A DNA stretch of 64,000 nt from an uncultured Bacillota bacterium (GTDB lineage Bacteria; Bacillota_I; Bacilli_A; RFN20; CAG-288), in NCBI GenBank assembly GCA_949299015.1, contig CASFYT010000016.1:27066-91065 (forward strand), read 5' to 3'. The position numbers were made by a program, and so were the translations under genes. Under the pieces are notes generated by a model that did no database searches, had not been told where the DNA came from, and was given only the letters and a program-made list of their open reading frames with translations. Below, piece by piece: positions 49,149 to 56,433 of the stretch (position 1 is the stretch's first letter; each line of letters begins with the position of its first letter).

Positions 49149-49227
49149 GTTGGCTCCTTCGTTTAGAAAAAGAAGGGCATCAGCAGACTGTGCCGATGCC
49201 CCTCTTACTAGTCAATGGACGAATTGT

Positions 49228-50364
49228 TTACTCAGCCGTGATCGCGGCGTACCAATCCTTGATGATCTGGCCCTGGGCAGTTCCCTGACCGACAGAGCTC
49301 GAACCAACGAAGTAGATGTTCTCTTCGCCGGAGAGATCGGCAACAGCCGAGTTGTCCGTCTTCTTCGGCTGACGGTTGAAGAAGACGATCGGGGTGTCCG
49401 CGCCGAGAGCGGTCTCGACGGCTTCGACGTAGGCCCCATAGTTGGAGTGCGTGATGATGTTCAGAGCGACGACGTCATAGTCCGTTTCCTTGACCTGAGC
49501 ATCGACAGCCTCGAGGAGAGCCGTGTCGTTGGTTCCGTCACCAGCGATCTCGGTAACCGTGTAGCCGAGGGCTTCCGCATAGTGAGGAAGGGCTTCCTGA
49601 TAGGTTTCCTTGATGAAGTTGTCGTTCTCGGAATAGTAGGCGACGAGCATCTTCTTGCCCTGCGCAGCCGGATTCGCCTCAACGGTCTGATAGTTGCCAG
49701 GCCTCAGAGAGTCCGCGTTCGCCGCCGTGACGGCAGAGAGCTGCGTGGAGACGATGTGCTCATCGAGCTGATCGAGATCAAGCGTCGCACGGCCGCCGTA
49801 GTTCGCATCGATGACCGTTTCGCTGCCGGCGAGCATGTTGGTCAGAACCGTCGCGACCGCGAGGGCCTGATCGTCGCCGTTCTGCGAGACGGAGCCAGCG
49901 AGCGTGCCAGCCTTAATCATGTCGCAGGCCGCGCCGAGGGCGTCGAAGCCGATGATCGGAGTGCCAGCCGCCAATCCCGTGGCGCTCTGAGCGGCAATCG
50001 CCATACCATCGTTGTTGGAGATGATGAAGTCAAGACGTCCAGCATACTGCGTGACCCAGGTCTCGACGGTGCTCTTGGCGACGGAGTCGTTCCAGGAGTT
50101 GCCGTTGGTGTCGATGCAGGTCATACGAGTCAGCTCGGTGGCCTTGAAGTTGCCCTGAGTGGCAATTTCGTTCATGGCAGCGATGCAGCCCGCGGTACGA
50201 TCTTCCGCCTCCGGGTTGCCGTCTTCGCCGACGAGGATGACATAGCCGAGTTCGCCGTCCGCAAGGGCGGAATCCCAGCTCCACTCTTCACCCGTCGTAT
50301 CGCAGGAGACGAGGGACAGACCAACGAAGCCTAACACGGCCAAGGAAATTAAATTCTTTTTCAT
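49228..50364 (-). CDS. Sugar-binding lipoprotein (type 1 periplasmic binding protein fold)
   Basis: MKKNLISLAVLGFVGLSLVSC lipobox. It is the first gene of the SBP-ATPase-permease operon. Confidence 0.8.
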   Translation of the reverse strand: MKKNLISLAVLGFVGLSLVSCDTTGEEWSWDSALADGELGYVILVGEDGNPEAEDRTAGCIAAMNEIATQGNFKATELTRMTCIDTNGNSWNDSVAKSTVETWVTQYAGRLDFIISNNDGMAIAAQSATGLAAGTPIIGFDALGAACDMIKAGTLAGSVSQNGDDQALAVATVLTNMLAGSETVIDANYGGRATLDLDQLDEHIVSTQLSAVTAANADSLRPGNYQTVEANPAAQGKKMLVAYYSENDNFIKETYQEALPHYAEALGYTVTEIAGDGTNDTALLEAVDAQVKETDYDVVALNIITHSNYGAYVEAVETALGADTPIVFFNRQPKKTDNSAVADLSGEENIYFVGSSSVGQGTAQGQIIKDWYAAITAE

Positions 50365-50450
50365 GTTTCCTCCTTAATTTCCATTTCGTTTGAATAGCTA
50401 GGGCCTCAATGACAGCAGACGTGTGACCAAGGCGATAACTATTGATTGGC

Positions 50451-50479
50451 ATTATAGAGCGTATGCGCTTACATTGCAA
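50451..50479 (-). promoter_or_regulatory. Sigma-A type promoter of the sugar ABC operon, with a cre-like site in the spacer
   Basis: Minus strand reads TTGCAA-17 nt-TATAAT. The spacer contains aTGTAAGCGCATACg (50460..50473), matching 14 of 15 positions of the WTGNAANCGNWNNCW cre consensus. Confidence 0.5.
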
Positions 50480-50626
50480 GGGATGGACGGAGAACTTTTT
50501 TGATTTTTTGCGTCTTTTTCAACGGCTTATCGACACCCTGCACGAGGAAAGGGCGTTTTCTTCCGACCGGGAATGAAATTGCTTGCGGCCGCTTCCGTCC
50601 CCCCCTCGTCGAGAGCCAGCGATCGC

Positions 50627-51199
50627 TCAATTATATATAGATAAAAAGACGCGAATCGTGTCGGGATCGAGATTTTCCCCTCGGCTCTCGTCGAAGACAT
50701 AGAGGGCGCCGGAGACCATCGCCGTCTCCCTTTGGGAGGGAATCAGGTCCAGGAAGAGGTAGTTGATTTCCGGACGTGGGGCCAACGAAAAGAAATTGTC
50801 CGTCACGGCGATGAGGTTCCCCTCCTCGTCCATCGTCTGGATGCTGTAGCGAAGGTAAGGGGCGTAGAAGGGAGGGACTTGATAGAGGCAGAGGAGGGCC
50901 ATCCGGTCGCCGGAGAGGTCCTCGAGGCGCTTTTCGTCCTCGGCCGTGTAGCTCAGGCCCGGAACCTGGAGAAATTCCCGGACGTCGCGGGAGGACCGCA
51001 GGATGTAGAGGTTGCAGAAGAAGGCGTCCGTCCCTTCCTCGTCATAACGGTTGATCATCTCCCTTTCGTCGATGGCTCCGAAGGGCAGGGCAAAGGAAGG
51101 GACCGTCATCGTCGAGAAATATCGCCGGTATTCCCGAACGGGGGCATCGCAGGAGGAAAGCAGGAGGAAAAGCGGAAGGAAGAGCCTTTTTTTCTTCAT
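50627..51199 (-). CDS. Lipoprotein, unknown function
   Basis: MKKKRLFLPLFLLLSSC lipobox. 190 aa. Confidence 0.55.
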   Translation of the reverse strand: MKKKRLFLPLFLLLSSCDAPVREYRRYFSTMTVPSFALPFGAIDEREMINRYDEEGTDAFFCNLYILRSSRDVREFLQVPGLSYTAEDEKRLEDLSGDRMALLCLYQVPPFYAPYLRYSIQTMDEEGNLIAVTDNFFSLAPRPEINYLFLDLIPSQRETAMVSGALYVFDESRGENLDPDTIRVFLSIYN

Positions 51200-51215
51200 A
51201 GGTCTATTCTAAACT

Positions 51216-51665
51216 ATGGGACGGAAAAAGCGAGAAAAAGACATGTCCCATTCCAAGTCGTCCGACATCCTCTGCAATATGTGCCTGGTCTATCGCGAAG
51301 ACGGACAGATCCTCGTCCAGATGCGAAGGAAGAAGGATTGGCCTGGCCTCACCCTTCCGGGCGGCCATGTCGAAAAGGGGGAGCATCTGGAGGAAAGCGT
51401 CCGCCGCGAGATGAAGGAGGAGACGAACCTGACCCTAGGAAGGCTGGAGCTCTGCGGCGTCCTCGAATGGGACTTTCCCGACGTCGACCACTATCTGGCC
51501 TTCCTCTATCGAACGAAGGAATACAGCGGAACGCTTCGCCCTTCGAAGGAAGGGGAGGTCTTCTTCATCGACTACAGGGACGTCGGAAAGTATCCCCTCT
51601 CGATGGACATGGACAAGATCCTGGAGATGACGCTTCGGGGACTCTTCACGGCCAAAGAAAAGTGA
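51216..51665 (+). CDS. NUDIX hydrolase (MutT-like)
   Basis: NUDIX box GGHVEKGEHLEESVRREMKEETNL. Confidence 0.8.
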   Translation: MGRKKREKDMSHSKSSDILCNMCLVYREDGQILVQMRRKKDWPGLTLPGGHVEKGEHLEESVRREMKEETNLTLGRLELCGVLEWDFPDVDHYLAFLYRTKEYSGTLRPSKEGEVFFIDYRDVGKYPLSMDMDKILEMTLRGLFTAKEK

Positions 51666-52857
51666 GAGGGACCTTTCCGTCCCGGACATCGGAATAGAAA
51701 GGGACGAAGAGGATCTTCCCCTCCTTGAGAAAGACGGGATAGCCCTCCCGATAATAGAAGGGCACCTTCTGTCGACGCAGGAAGAGGGAGACGTCCTTCG
51801 TCAGAAGGCCGGACTCCACCTGATCGCCCTTGCGGGCGTTGCGGACGACGAAGGGAAAGGAGGAGAGGCGGAACTCTTCCGGCCGGTGAACCTCAAGGCG
51901 GAAGAGAGGTGTCTGGTAGACCCCTGGGCCTGTAACATCCAATTCGTATTCGTTTGATGTGAGCGGATAAGAAAAAAAGAACGAATTTTTTGTTCGATAA
52001 ATGTTCTTTTGTTCAATTTTTAAGACGCCGTTTTCATGTCTTTTGAGAAATTCGTGGACCTCGCGCGCCTTCGCTTCCCTCTTCTCCACGGAAAGCTTCT
52101 CCTCCTTTTGCAGAAGGAAGAAGAGGAGCCTCTTCCTTCCTTCCTCCGTCAGGGAGTCATAGAAGGAAAAAGGGATTGTCTTCGAAAGCGTAGCAAACTG
52201 CGAGGAAAGACGGTCGACCTCCCCATTCCGAAAATCGATTTCCCTTTCGAACCGTTCCCTCTCCTGAGTCGTCCAAGGACGGCGGAGGCCATTCCTCCTG
52301 GTGTGGTCGTCGTGATTCGTGCAGTCCTCGTAGAAAGGAAGGCTCCTCTCCTTCAGAAAGCGATAGATTGCCTCTTTGGTCACAAAGAGGAGAGGGCGGA
52401 CCACAAGAACGCCGAAGATGCGGCTCTCCTCGGCAAGGCCGTATCGCCGAGGAAGATTGTTCCGTTCCTTCTGAAGCAGGTAGGTCTCGATGGCATCGTC
52501 CTGGTGATGGGCCGTCAGGACGTCATCGAGAAAAAGGCGTGAGCAGATTTCCGCGAAGAAACGATACCGCTCCTGGCGCGCCCAGTCCTCGAAGTTCCCT
52601 TTCTCCTCGACATAGCGGACATCCTTTCGATGGAGCGAGAGCCCGTATCTCCTTTGATAGTGAAGGACGATCCTCTCTTCCTCCTCCACGAAAGGAGAGT
52701 CGTGATAGTCGACGTAGGCCAGCTCGACATGGCGAGGGAGGTCTTCCTGATAGAGGGCCGCCAGCCTCTCCAGAAGATAGACGGAATCCGGACCGCCCGA
52801 AAAGGCCAGCAGATGCCGGCGCCGAAGAAAGGATTCGTCCGAAAGAAGATCCCTCAT
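51646..52857 (-). CDS. tilS: tRNA(Ile)-lysidine synthetase
   Basis: PP-loop LLAFSGGPDSVYLL and LTAHHQDDAIETYL. 403 aa. ATGA overlap with the upstream S4 gene. Confidence 0.85.
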   Translation of the reverse strand: MRDLLSDESFLRRRHLLAFSGGPDSVYLLERLAALYQEDLPRHVELAYVDYHDSPFVEEEERIVLHYQRRYGLSLHRKDVRYVEEKGNFEDWARQERYRFFAEICSRLFLDDVLTAHHQDDAIETYLLQKERNNLPRRYGLAEESRIFGVLVVRPLLFVTKEAIYRFLKERSLPFYEDCTNHDDHTRRNGLRRPWTTQERERFEREIDFRNGEVDRLSSQFATLSKTIPFSFYDSLTEEGRKRLLFFLLQKEEKLSVEKREAKAREVHEFLKRHENGVLKIEQKNIYRTKNSFFFSYPLTSNEYELDVTGPGVYQTPLFRLEVHRPEEFRLSSFPFVVRNARKGDQVESGLLTKDVSLFLRRQKVPFYYREGYPVFLKEGKILFVPFYSDVRDGKVPLTFLWP

Positions 52858-53099
52858 GAAAGAAGCTCGTACATCTCCGAGGCGTTCTGGATCGTGGAGA
52901 CGCTGCGAATCTCGAGGACCTTCGCCCGCACGCTCTTTCCGAGCGGGGAACGGATGTCGATCACGTCCCCCAGACGGACTTCCGTGCTCGGCTTGGCCAT
53001 CTTGCCGTTGACGAGGACGAATCCCTTCTCGATGAATTCCTTGGCCGCTTCCCGCCTCTTGATCAGGCGGCTGACCTTCAGGTACTTATCCAGTCTCAT
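52854..53099 (-). CDS. S4-domain RNA-binding protein (YabO/RqcP-like)
   Basis: MRLDKYLKVSRLIKRREAAKEFIEKGFVLVNGKMAKPSTEV. It sits upstream of tilS, as yabO does in Bacilli. Confidence 0.8.
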   Translation of the reverse strand: MRLDKYLKVSRLIKRREAAKEFIEKGFVLVNGKMAKPSTEVRLGDVIDIRSPLGKSVRAKVLEIRSVSTIQNASEMYELLS

Positions 53100-53149
53100 G
53101 ATGTCCTAGAATAGCACAAAGGGCAGGAAAAGGAAGCAAAGACGACGCA

Positions 53150-53180
53150 AAAACGAAAAAAAGTCCGGTTTCCCGGACTC
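53150..53180 (-). terminator. Rho-independent terminator after tRNA-Ile
   Basis: Minus strand reads AGTCCGG-GAAA-CCGGACT followed by TTTTTTT. Confidence 0.7.
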
Positions 53181-53191
53181 CTTCGTTTCCA

Positions 53192-53268
53192 TGGTGGGTC
53201 TTAGTAGGCTTGAACTACCGACCTTGCGCTTATCAAGCGCACGCTCTAACCAACTGAGCTAAAGACCC
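53192..53268 (-). tRNA. tRNA-Ile (anticodon GAT)
   Basis: Reverse complement GGGTCTTTAGCTCAGTTGGTTAGAGCGTGCGCTTGATAAGCGCAAGGTCGGTAGTTCAAGCCTACTAAGACCCACCA folds as a cloverleaf with anticodon loop TTGATAA and an encoded CCA. Confidence 0.93.
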
Positions 53269-53340
53269 ATTTCAAGCAAGGGACATTTTAAGCCTTGCCC
53301 TTCCTTCTGTCAACTCATTTCCGGAGAAACGAGCGGAAAC

Positions 53341-53369
53341 TTGCATCTAGAGGGGACAAAGAATACAAT
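53341..53369 (+). promoter_or_regulatory. Promoter of ferredoxin copy 1
   Basis: TTGCAT-17 nt-TACAAT. The leader TACAATACTCTTGTTCCTGGAGGT is nearly identical to that of copy 2. Confidence 0.55.
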
Positions 53370-53395
53370 ACTCTTGTTCCTGGAGGTATTGAACC

Positions 53396-53584
53396 ATGGC
53401 TAAGAAAGTTGAGATCAACAGCGACGCCTGCATCGGCTGCGGCCTTTGCAACGCGACTCTTGCTTCGGTCTTCGGAATGACCGACGAAGGCAAGGCGGAA
53501 GTCATCGCCCAGCCCGCCGAGGGCGACGATGTCGAGACGGTCGCCGCCAGCTGCCCTGTCGGCGCCATCACGGTTTCGGAGTAA
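53396..53584 (+). CDS. Small single-cluster ferredoxin
   Basis: MAKKVEINSDACIGCGLCNA...ASCPVGAITVSE (CxxCxxC...CP). 62 aa. Confidence 0.85.
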   Translation: MAKKVEINSDACIGCGLCNATLASVFGMTDEGKAEVIAQPAEGDDVETVAASCPVGAITVSE

Positions 53585-53597
53585 GCCTGAGACGATG

Positions 53598-53623
53598 CCG
53601 GCCTCCTCGGAGGCCGGTTTTTC
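53598..53623 (+). terminator. Rho-independent terminator
   Basis: CCGGCCTCC..GGAGGCCGG followed by TTTTT. Confidence 0.7.
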
Positions 53624-53632
53624 GTTTCCCGC

Positions 53633-53660
53633 TTGACACCTCCCTGAATGGGCTTACAAT
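53633..53660 (+). promoter_or_regulatory. Promoter of ferredoxin copy 2
   Basis: TTGACA-16 nt-TACAAT, followed by the leader TACAATATTCTTGTTCCTGGAGGT. Confidence 0.6.
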
Positions 53661-53682
53661 ATTCTTGTTCCTGGAGGTTCGT

Positions 53683-53877
53683 ATGGCAAAAAAGATTCGC
53701 ATCGATTCCGAAGCCTGCATCGGCTGCGGAGCCTGCGCCGGGATGAGGCCGGACGTCTTCGCCCTGGAAGACCAGGGAGAGGGCATGAGGGCCCACGTCA
53801 TTGCGCAGCCGGAAGACGAGCACGGCATCGAGGAGTGCATCCTCTCCTGCCCCGTCGGCGCCATCTCTCACGAATGA
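53683..53877 (+). CDS. Small single-cluster ferredoxin (paralog)
   Basis: MAKKIRIDSEACIGCGACAG...LSCPVGAISHE. 64 aa. Confidence 0.85.
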   Translation: MAKKIRIDSEACIGCGACAGMRPDVFALEDQGEGMRAHVIAQPEDEHGIEECILSCPVGAISHE

Positions 53878-53884
53878 GCTTCTC

Positions 53885-53910
53885 GGCTCCCGAAGAGGGA
53901 GCCTTTTTTT
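53885..53910. terminator. Rho-independent terminator (ferredoxin and rluB converge here)
   Basis: GGCTCCC-GAAGA-GGGAGCC followed by TTTTTTT. Confidence 0.75.
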
Positions 53911-53955
53911 CTTGGCCATTCGTCTCCGACGCCATCGGAGCGTCCGAATCCCGGC

Positions 53956-54750
53956 TCAAAGCGACGAGGAATCCTCATTGGGACTCGGTTCGAACGGTTT
54001 TTTCTTATGGATCCGGTTTTCCTGGCAGATCCTCCTCAGGTCGTCGACTTCCTCGGCGCTGAGCAGGCGGTAGCCGCCAAGAGGGACGCGGCCAAGGACA
54101 AGGTTTCCGATGCGGACGCGGTTGAGCGTCAGGACCTGATGGCCGAGGGTCTGCATCATCCGACGGACTTCCCTCTTCTTTCCCTCGTGCAGGACGACGG
54201 AAAAGACGACGCTGTCTTCCTCTTCCTGGAGGACCTCCATCCGGGCTGGGGCGGCGCGGTATCCTTCCCGGACGATGTAGAGTCCGGCCTCGACCTTGGC
54301 GACCTCATCCCCCTGAAGGCCGCCCAGGACCTTGACGACGTATTCCTTTTCCGGCGAGGTGGACGGATGCATGATCAGGTTCGAGAATTCTCCGTCGTCC
54401 GTCAGGAGGAGGAGTCCGGAGGAATCCATGTCGAGGCGACCGACGGGAAAGAGCCTCCCGTATTCCTTGGGGATCAGGTCGAGAACGGTCTTCCTCCCCT
54501 GGGGATCGTTCAAGGTGCAGACATAGCCGCGCGGCTTGTTCAACAGCAAGTAGCGATGTTCGTCCCCCTTTCCGTGGACAGGGATCCCGTCGACTTCGAT
54601 GGCGTCGACAGGCGTGCAGGAAAAGCCCGTCGGAACGACCTCGCCGTTGACCTTCACCCGCCCCTGGAGGACGAGCTCCTCCGCCTTTCTCCTCGAGCAA
54701 TATCCGAGGGAGGAGAGGATCTTCTGTATTCTTTGTTTTTCCATTTCCAT
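53956..54750 (-). CDS. rluB: Pseudouridine synthase, RsuA/RluB family
   Basis: S4 domain RIQKILSSLGYCSRRKAEELVLQGRVKVNG, catalytic GRLDMDSSGLLLLTDDG, and KEYVVKV. The ATG at 54750 avoids overlap with the tRNA. Confidence 0.85.
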   Translation of the reverse strand: MEMEKQRIQKILSSLGYCSRRKAEELVLQGRVKVNGEVVPTGFSCTPVDAIEVDGIPVHGKGDEHRYLLLNKPRGYVCTLNDPQGRKTVLDLIPKEYGRLFPVGRLDMDSSGLLLLTDDGEFSNLIMHPSTSPEKEYVVKVLGGLQGDEVAKVEAGLYIVREGYRAAPARMEVLQEEEDSVVFSVVLHEGKKREVRRMMQTLGHQVLTLNRVRIGNLVLGRVPLGGYRLLSAEEVDDLRRICQENRIHKKKPFEPSPNEDSSSL

Positions 54751-54813
54751 TATTGTAGCCAAAAGGGAGCGTTCTTGCAGAAAAAAAGCCCGTCGCCGGG
54801 CCGCGAAGCTCAA

Positions 54814-54890
54814 TGGTGGATCAAGCAGGACTTGAACCTGCACCGCCGCGGTTATGGGCCGCGTACTCTAACCAATTGAGCTATTGATCC
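54814..54890 (-). tRNA. tRNA with CAT anticodon, probably tRNA-Ile2 (lysidine) rather than Met
   Basis: Reverse complement GGATCAATAGCTCAATTGGTTAGAGTACGCGGCCCATAACCGCGGCGGTGCAGGTTCAAGTCCTGCTTGATCCACCA. G1-C72 is paired, so it is not an initiator. It resembles Bacillus tRNA-Ile2. The anticodon loop reads CCCATAA (C at position 33 by my fold). Confidence 0.8.
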
Positions 54891-54894
54891 ATTT

Positions 54895-54970
54895 TGGTGG
54901 CTGTGGGGAGGGTCGAACTCTCGACATACCGGGTATGAACCGGCTGCTCTACCAACTGAGCTACACAGCC
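54895..54970 (-). tRNA. tRNA-Met (elongator, anticodon CAT)
   Basis: Reverse complement GGCTGTGTAGCTCAGTTGGTAGAGCAGCCGGTTCATACCCGGTATGTCGAGAGTTCGACCCTCCCCACAGCCACCA. Anticodon loop TTCATAC, as in the Bacillus elongator Met. One A-C mismatch in the T stem. Confidence 0.85.
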
Positions 54971-55094
54971 AAACGGAGCAAAAGAAATTATAAGGAAGGA
55001 AGAGGAATAATGCAAGAGGGAAAAGCCCCCTCTCTCCTGTTGCTTTCTTTGCGAGGGTATCTTATTCTCTTCGAGGTGGAAAGGAGGCGTTCGC

Positions 55095-55727
55095 ATGACC
55101 GAAGAAGAGAAGATGAAAGAAGGCCTCTACTATGACCCGGGCGACGAAGTCCTCGTGGCCAAAAGGATGCGCGCCCACGTCCTGTCGCGCCAATACAACG
55201 AGACGGACGAATACATGGTTCCCGAGCGAAAGAGAATCCTCAAGATGCTCCTCCCCCATGCCCACGAGAGCGCGGTTCTCCTCGGCCCGATCCAATTCGA
55301 CTATGGCGAGAACACGACCATCGGAAAGAACTTCTTCGCCAACTTCAACTTCACGGTCCTGGACTGCGCCCCCGTCGTCATCGGCGACGACGTCTTCGTC
55401 GGTCCGAACGTCTCCCTGATGACGCCCCTCCATCCCCTGCGCTTTGAAGATCGCAATGCGTATCCCAAGGCGGACGGAACGTGGACAGACCAGGAGAGGG
55501 CGCGGCCCATCGTCATCGAAAGGAACTGCTGGCTTGCCGCCAACGTCGTCGTCCTTCCTGGCGTGACGATCCACGAGGGATCCGTAATCGGAGCGGGAAG
55601 CGTCGTCACCAAGGACATACCGCCCCATTCCCTCGCCTTTGGAAGCCCTTGCCGCGTCCACAGGACGATCGGCGAAGGAGACGAGGTCGACTTCGAAAAG
55701 GAGGCTCTCCGTGGTCAAGATCTCTGA
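55095..55727 (+). CDS. maa: Maltose/galactoside O-acetyltransferase (hexapeptide-repeat family)
   Basis: MTEEEKMKEGLYYDPGDEVL N-terminal Mac domain, and hexapeptide repeats ...NCWLAANVVVLPGVTIHEGSVIGAGSVV. Confidence 0.85.
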   Translation: MTEEEKMKEGLYYDPGDEVLVAKRMRAHVLSRQYNETDEYMVPERKRILKMLLPHAHESAVLLGPIQFDYGENTTIGKNFFANFNFTVLDCAPVVIGDDVFVGPNVSLMTPLHPLRFEDRNAYPKADGTWTDQERARPIVIERNCWLAANVVVLPGVTIHEGSVIGAGSVVTKDIPPHSLAFGSPCRVHRTIGEGDEVDFEKEALRGQDL

Positions 55728-56433
55728 TTTGACAAAGAAATTCGGCGAACAGGTCGCCGTCGACTCCCTTTCGCTCGACATTCCGAACGGATCGATTTTC
55801 GGATTGCTTGGCCCCAATGGTGCCGGCAAATCGACAACGCTGAAGATGATGGTCGGCATCCTTCGGCCGGATTCGGGAAATGTTTTTTATGACGACATCT
55901 CCGTCCGAGAGGATTCCGAAAAGGCCAAGATGAAATTCGCCTTCATTCCCGATAGTCCCGACATGTTCCTGGGAATGAAGGGAAAAACGTATCTTGCCTT
56001 CGTCGCGTCGCTTTACCATGTCCCGGAGGAGATTGCCATCGCCCGGGCCAAGGAACTGGCGAAGAAGCTCAACATGGAGGAGAACCTGGACGAATATATC
56101 CTGACCTATTCCCACGGCATGAGACAGAAGATCTTCCTCATCGGCGCCTTGCTGCACGATCCCGACGTCCTGATCCTCGACGAACCTCTGACGGGCCTGG
56201 ATCCGGAATCCGCCTTCGTGGTGAAAAGCCTTTTCATGGAACACGTCCTCAAAGGGAAGTGCATCCTGCTCTCCACCCACATCCTCGACGTCGCGGAGAA
56301 GCTCTGCACCCACATCGGCATCATCAACAAGGGAAGGCTGCTCTTCAGCGGAACGCTCGAGGAACTGAGGGCGATGCGGAAGGAGGAGAACTCCTCCCTC
56401 GAGACGCTCTTCCTGGAGCTGACAAGGCAATGA
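55711..56433 (+). CDS. ABC transporter ATP-binding protein
   Basis: GTG start after GAAAAGGAGG. GPNGAGKSTT, YSHGMRQKIFLIGAL and LILDEPLTGLD motifs. Confidence 0.9.
   Translation: MVKISDLTKKFGEQVAVDSLSLDIPNGSIFGLLGPNGAGKSTTLKMMVGILRPDSGNVFYDDISVREDSEKAKMKFAFIPDSPDMFLGMKGKTYLAFVASLYHVPEEIAIARAKELAKKLNMEENLDEYILTYSHGMRQKIFLIGALLHDPDVLILDEPLTGLDPESAFVVKSLFMEHVLKGKCILLSTHILDVAEKLCTHIGIINKGRLLFSGTLEELRAMRKEENSSLETLFLELTRQ

Noticed and set aside
53192-53268. tRNA-Ile(GAT) as a marker of an adjacent rRNA operon
   Set aside because: The flanking sequence is a terminator and protein-coding or promoter DNA. I recognise no 16S or 23S-like sequence on either side.
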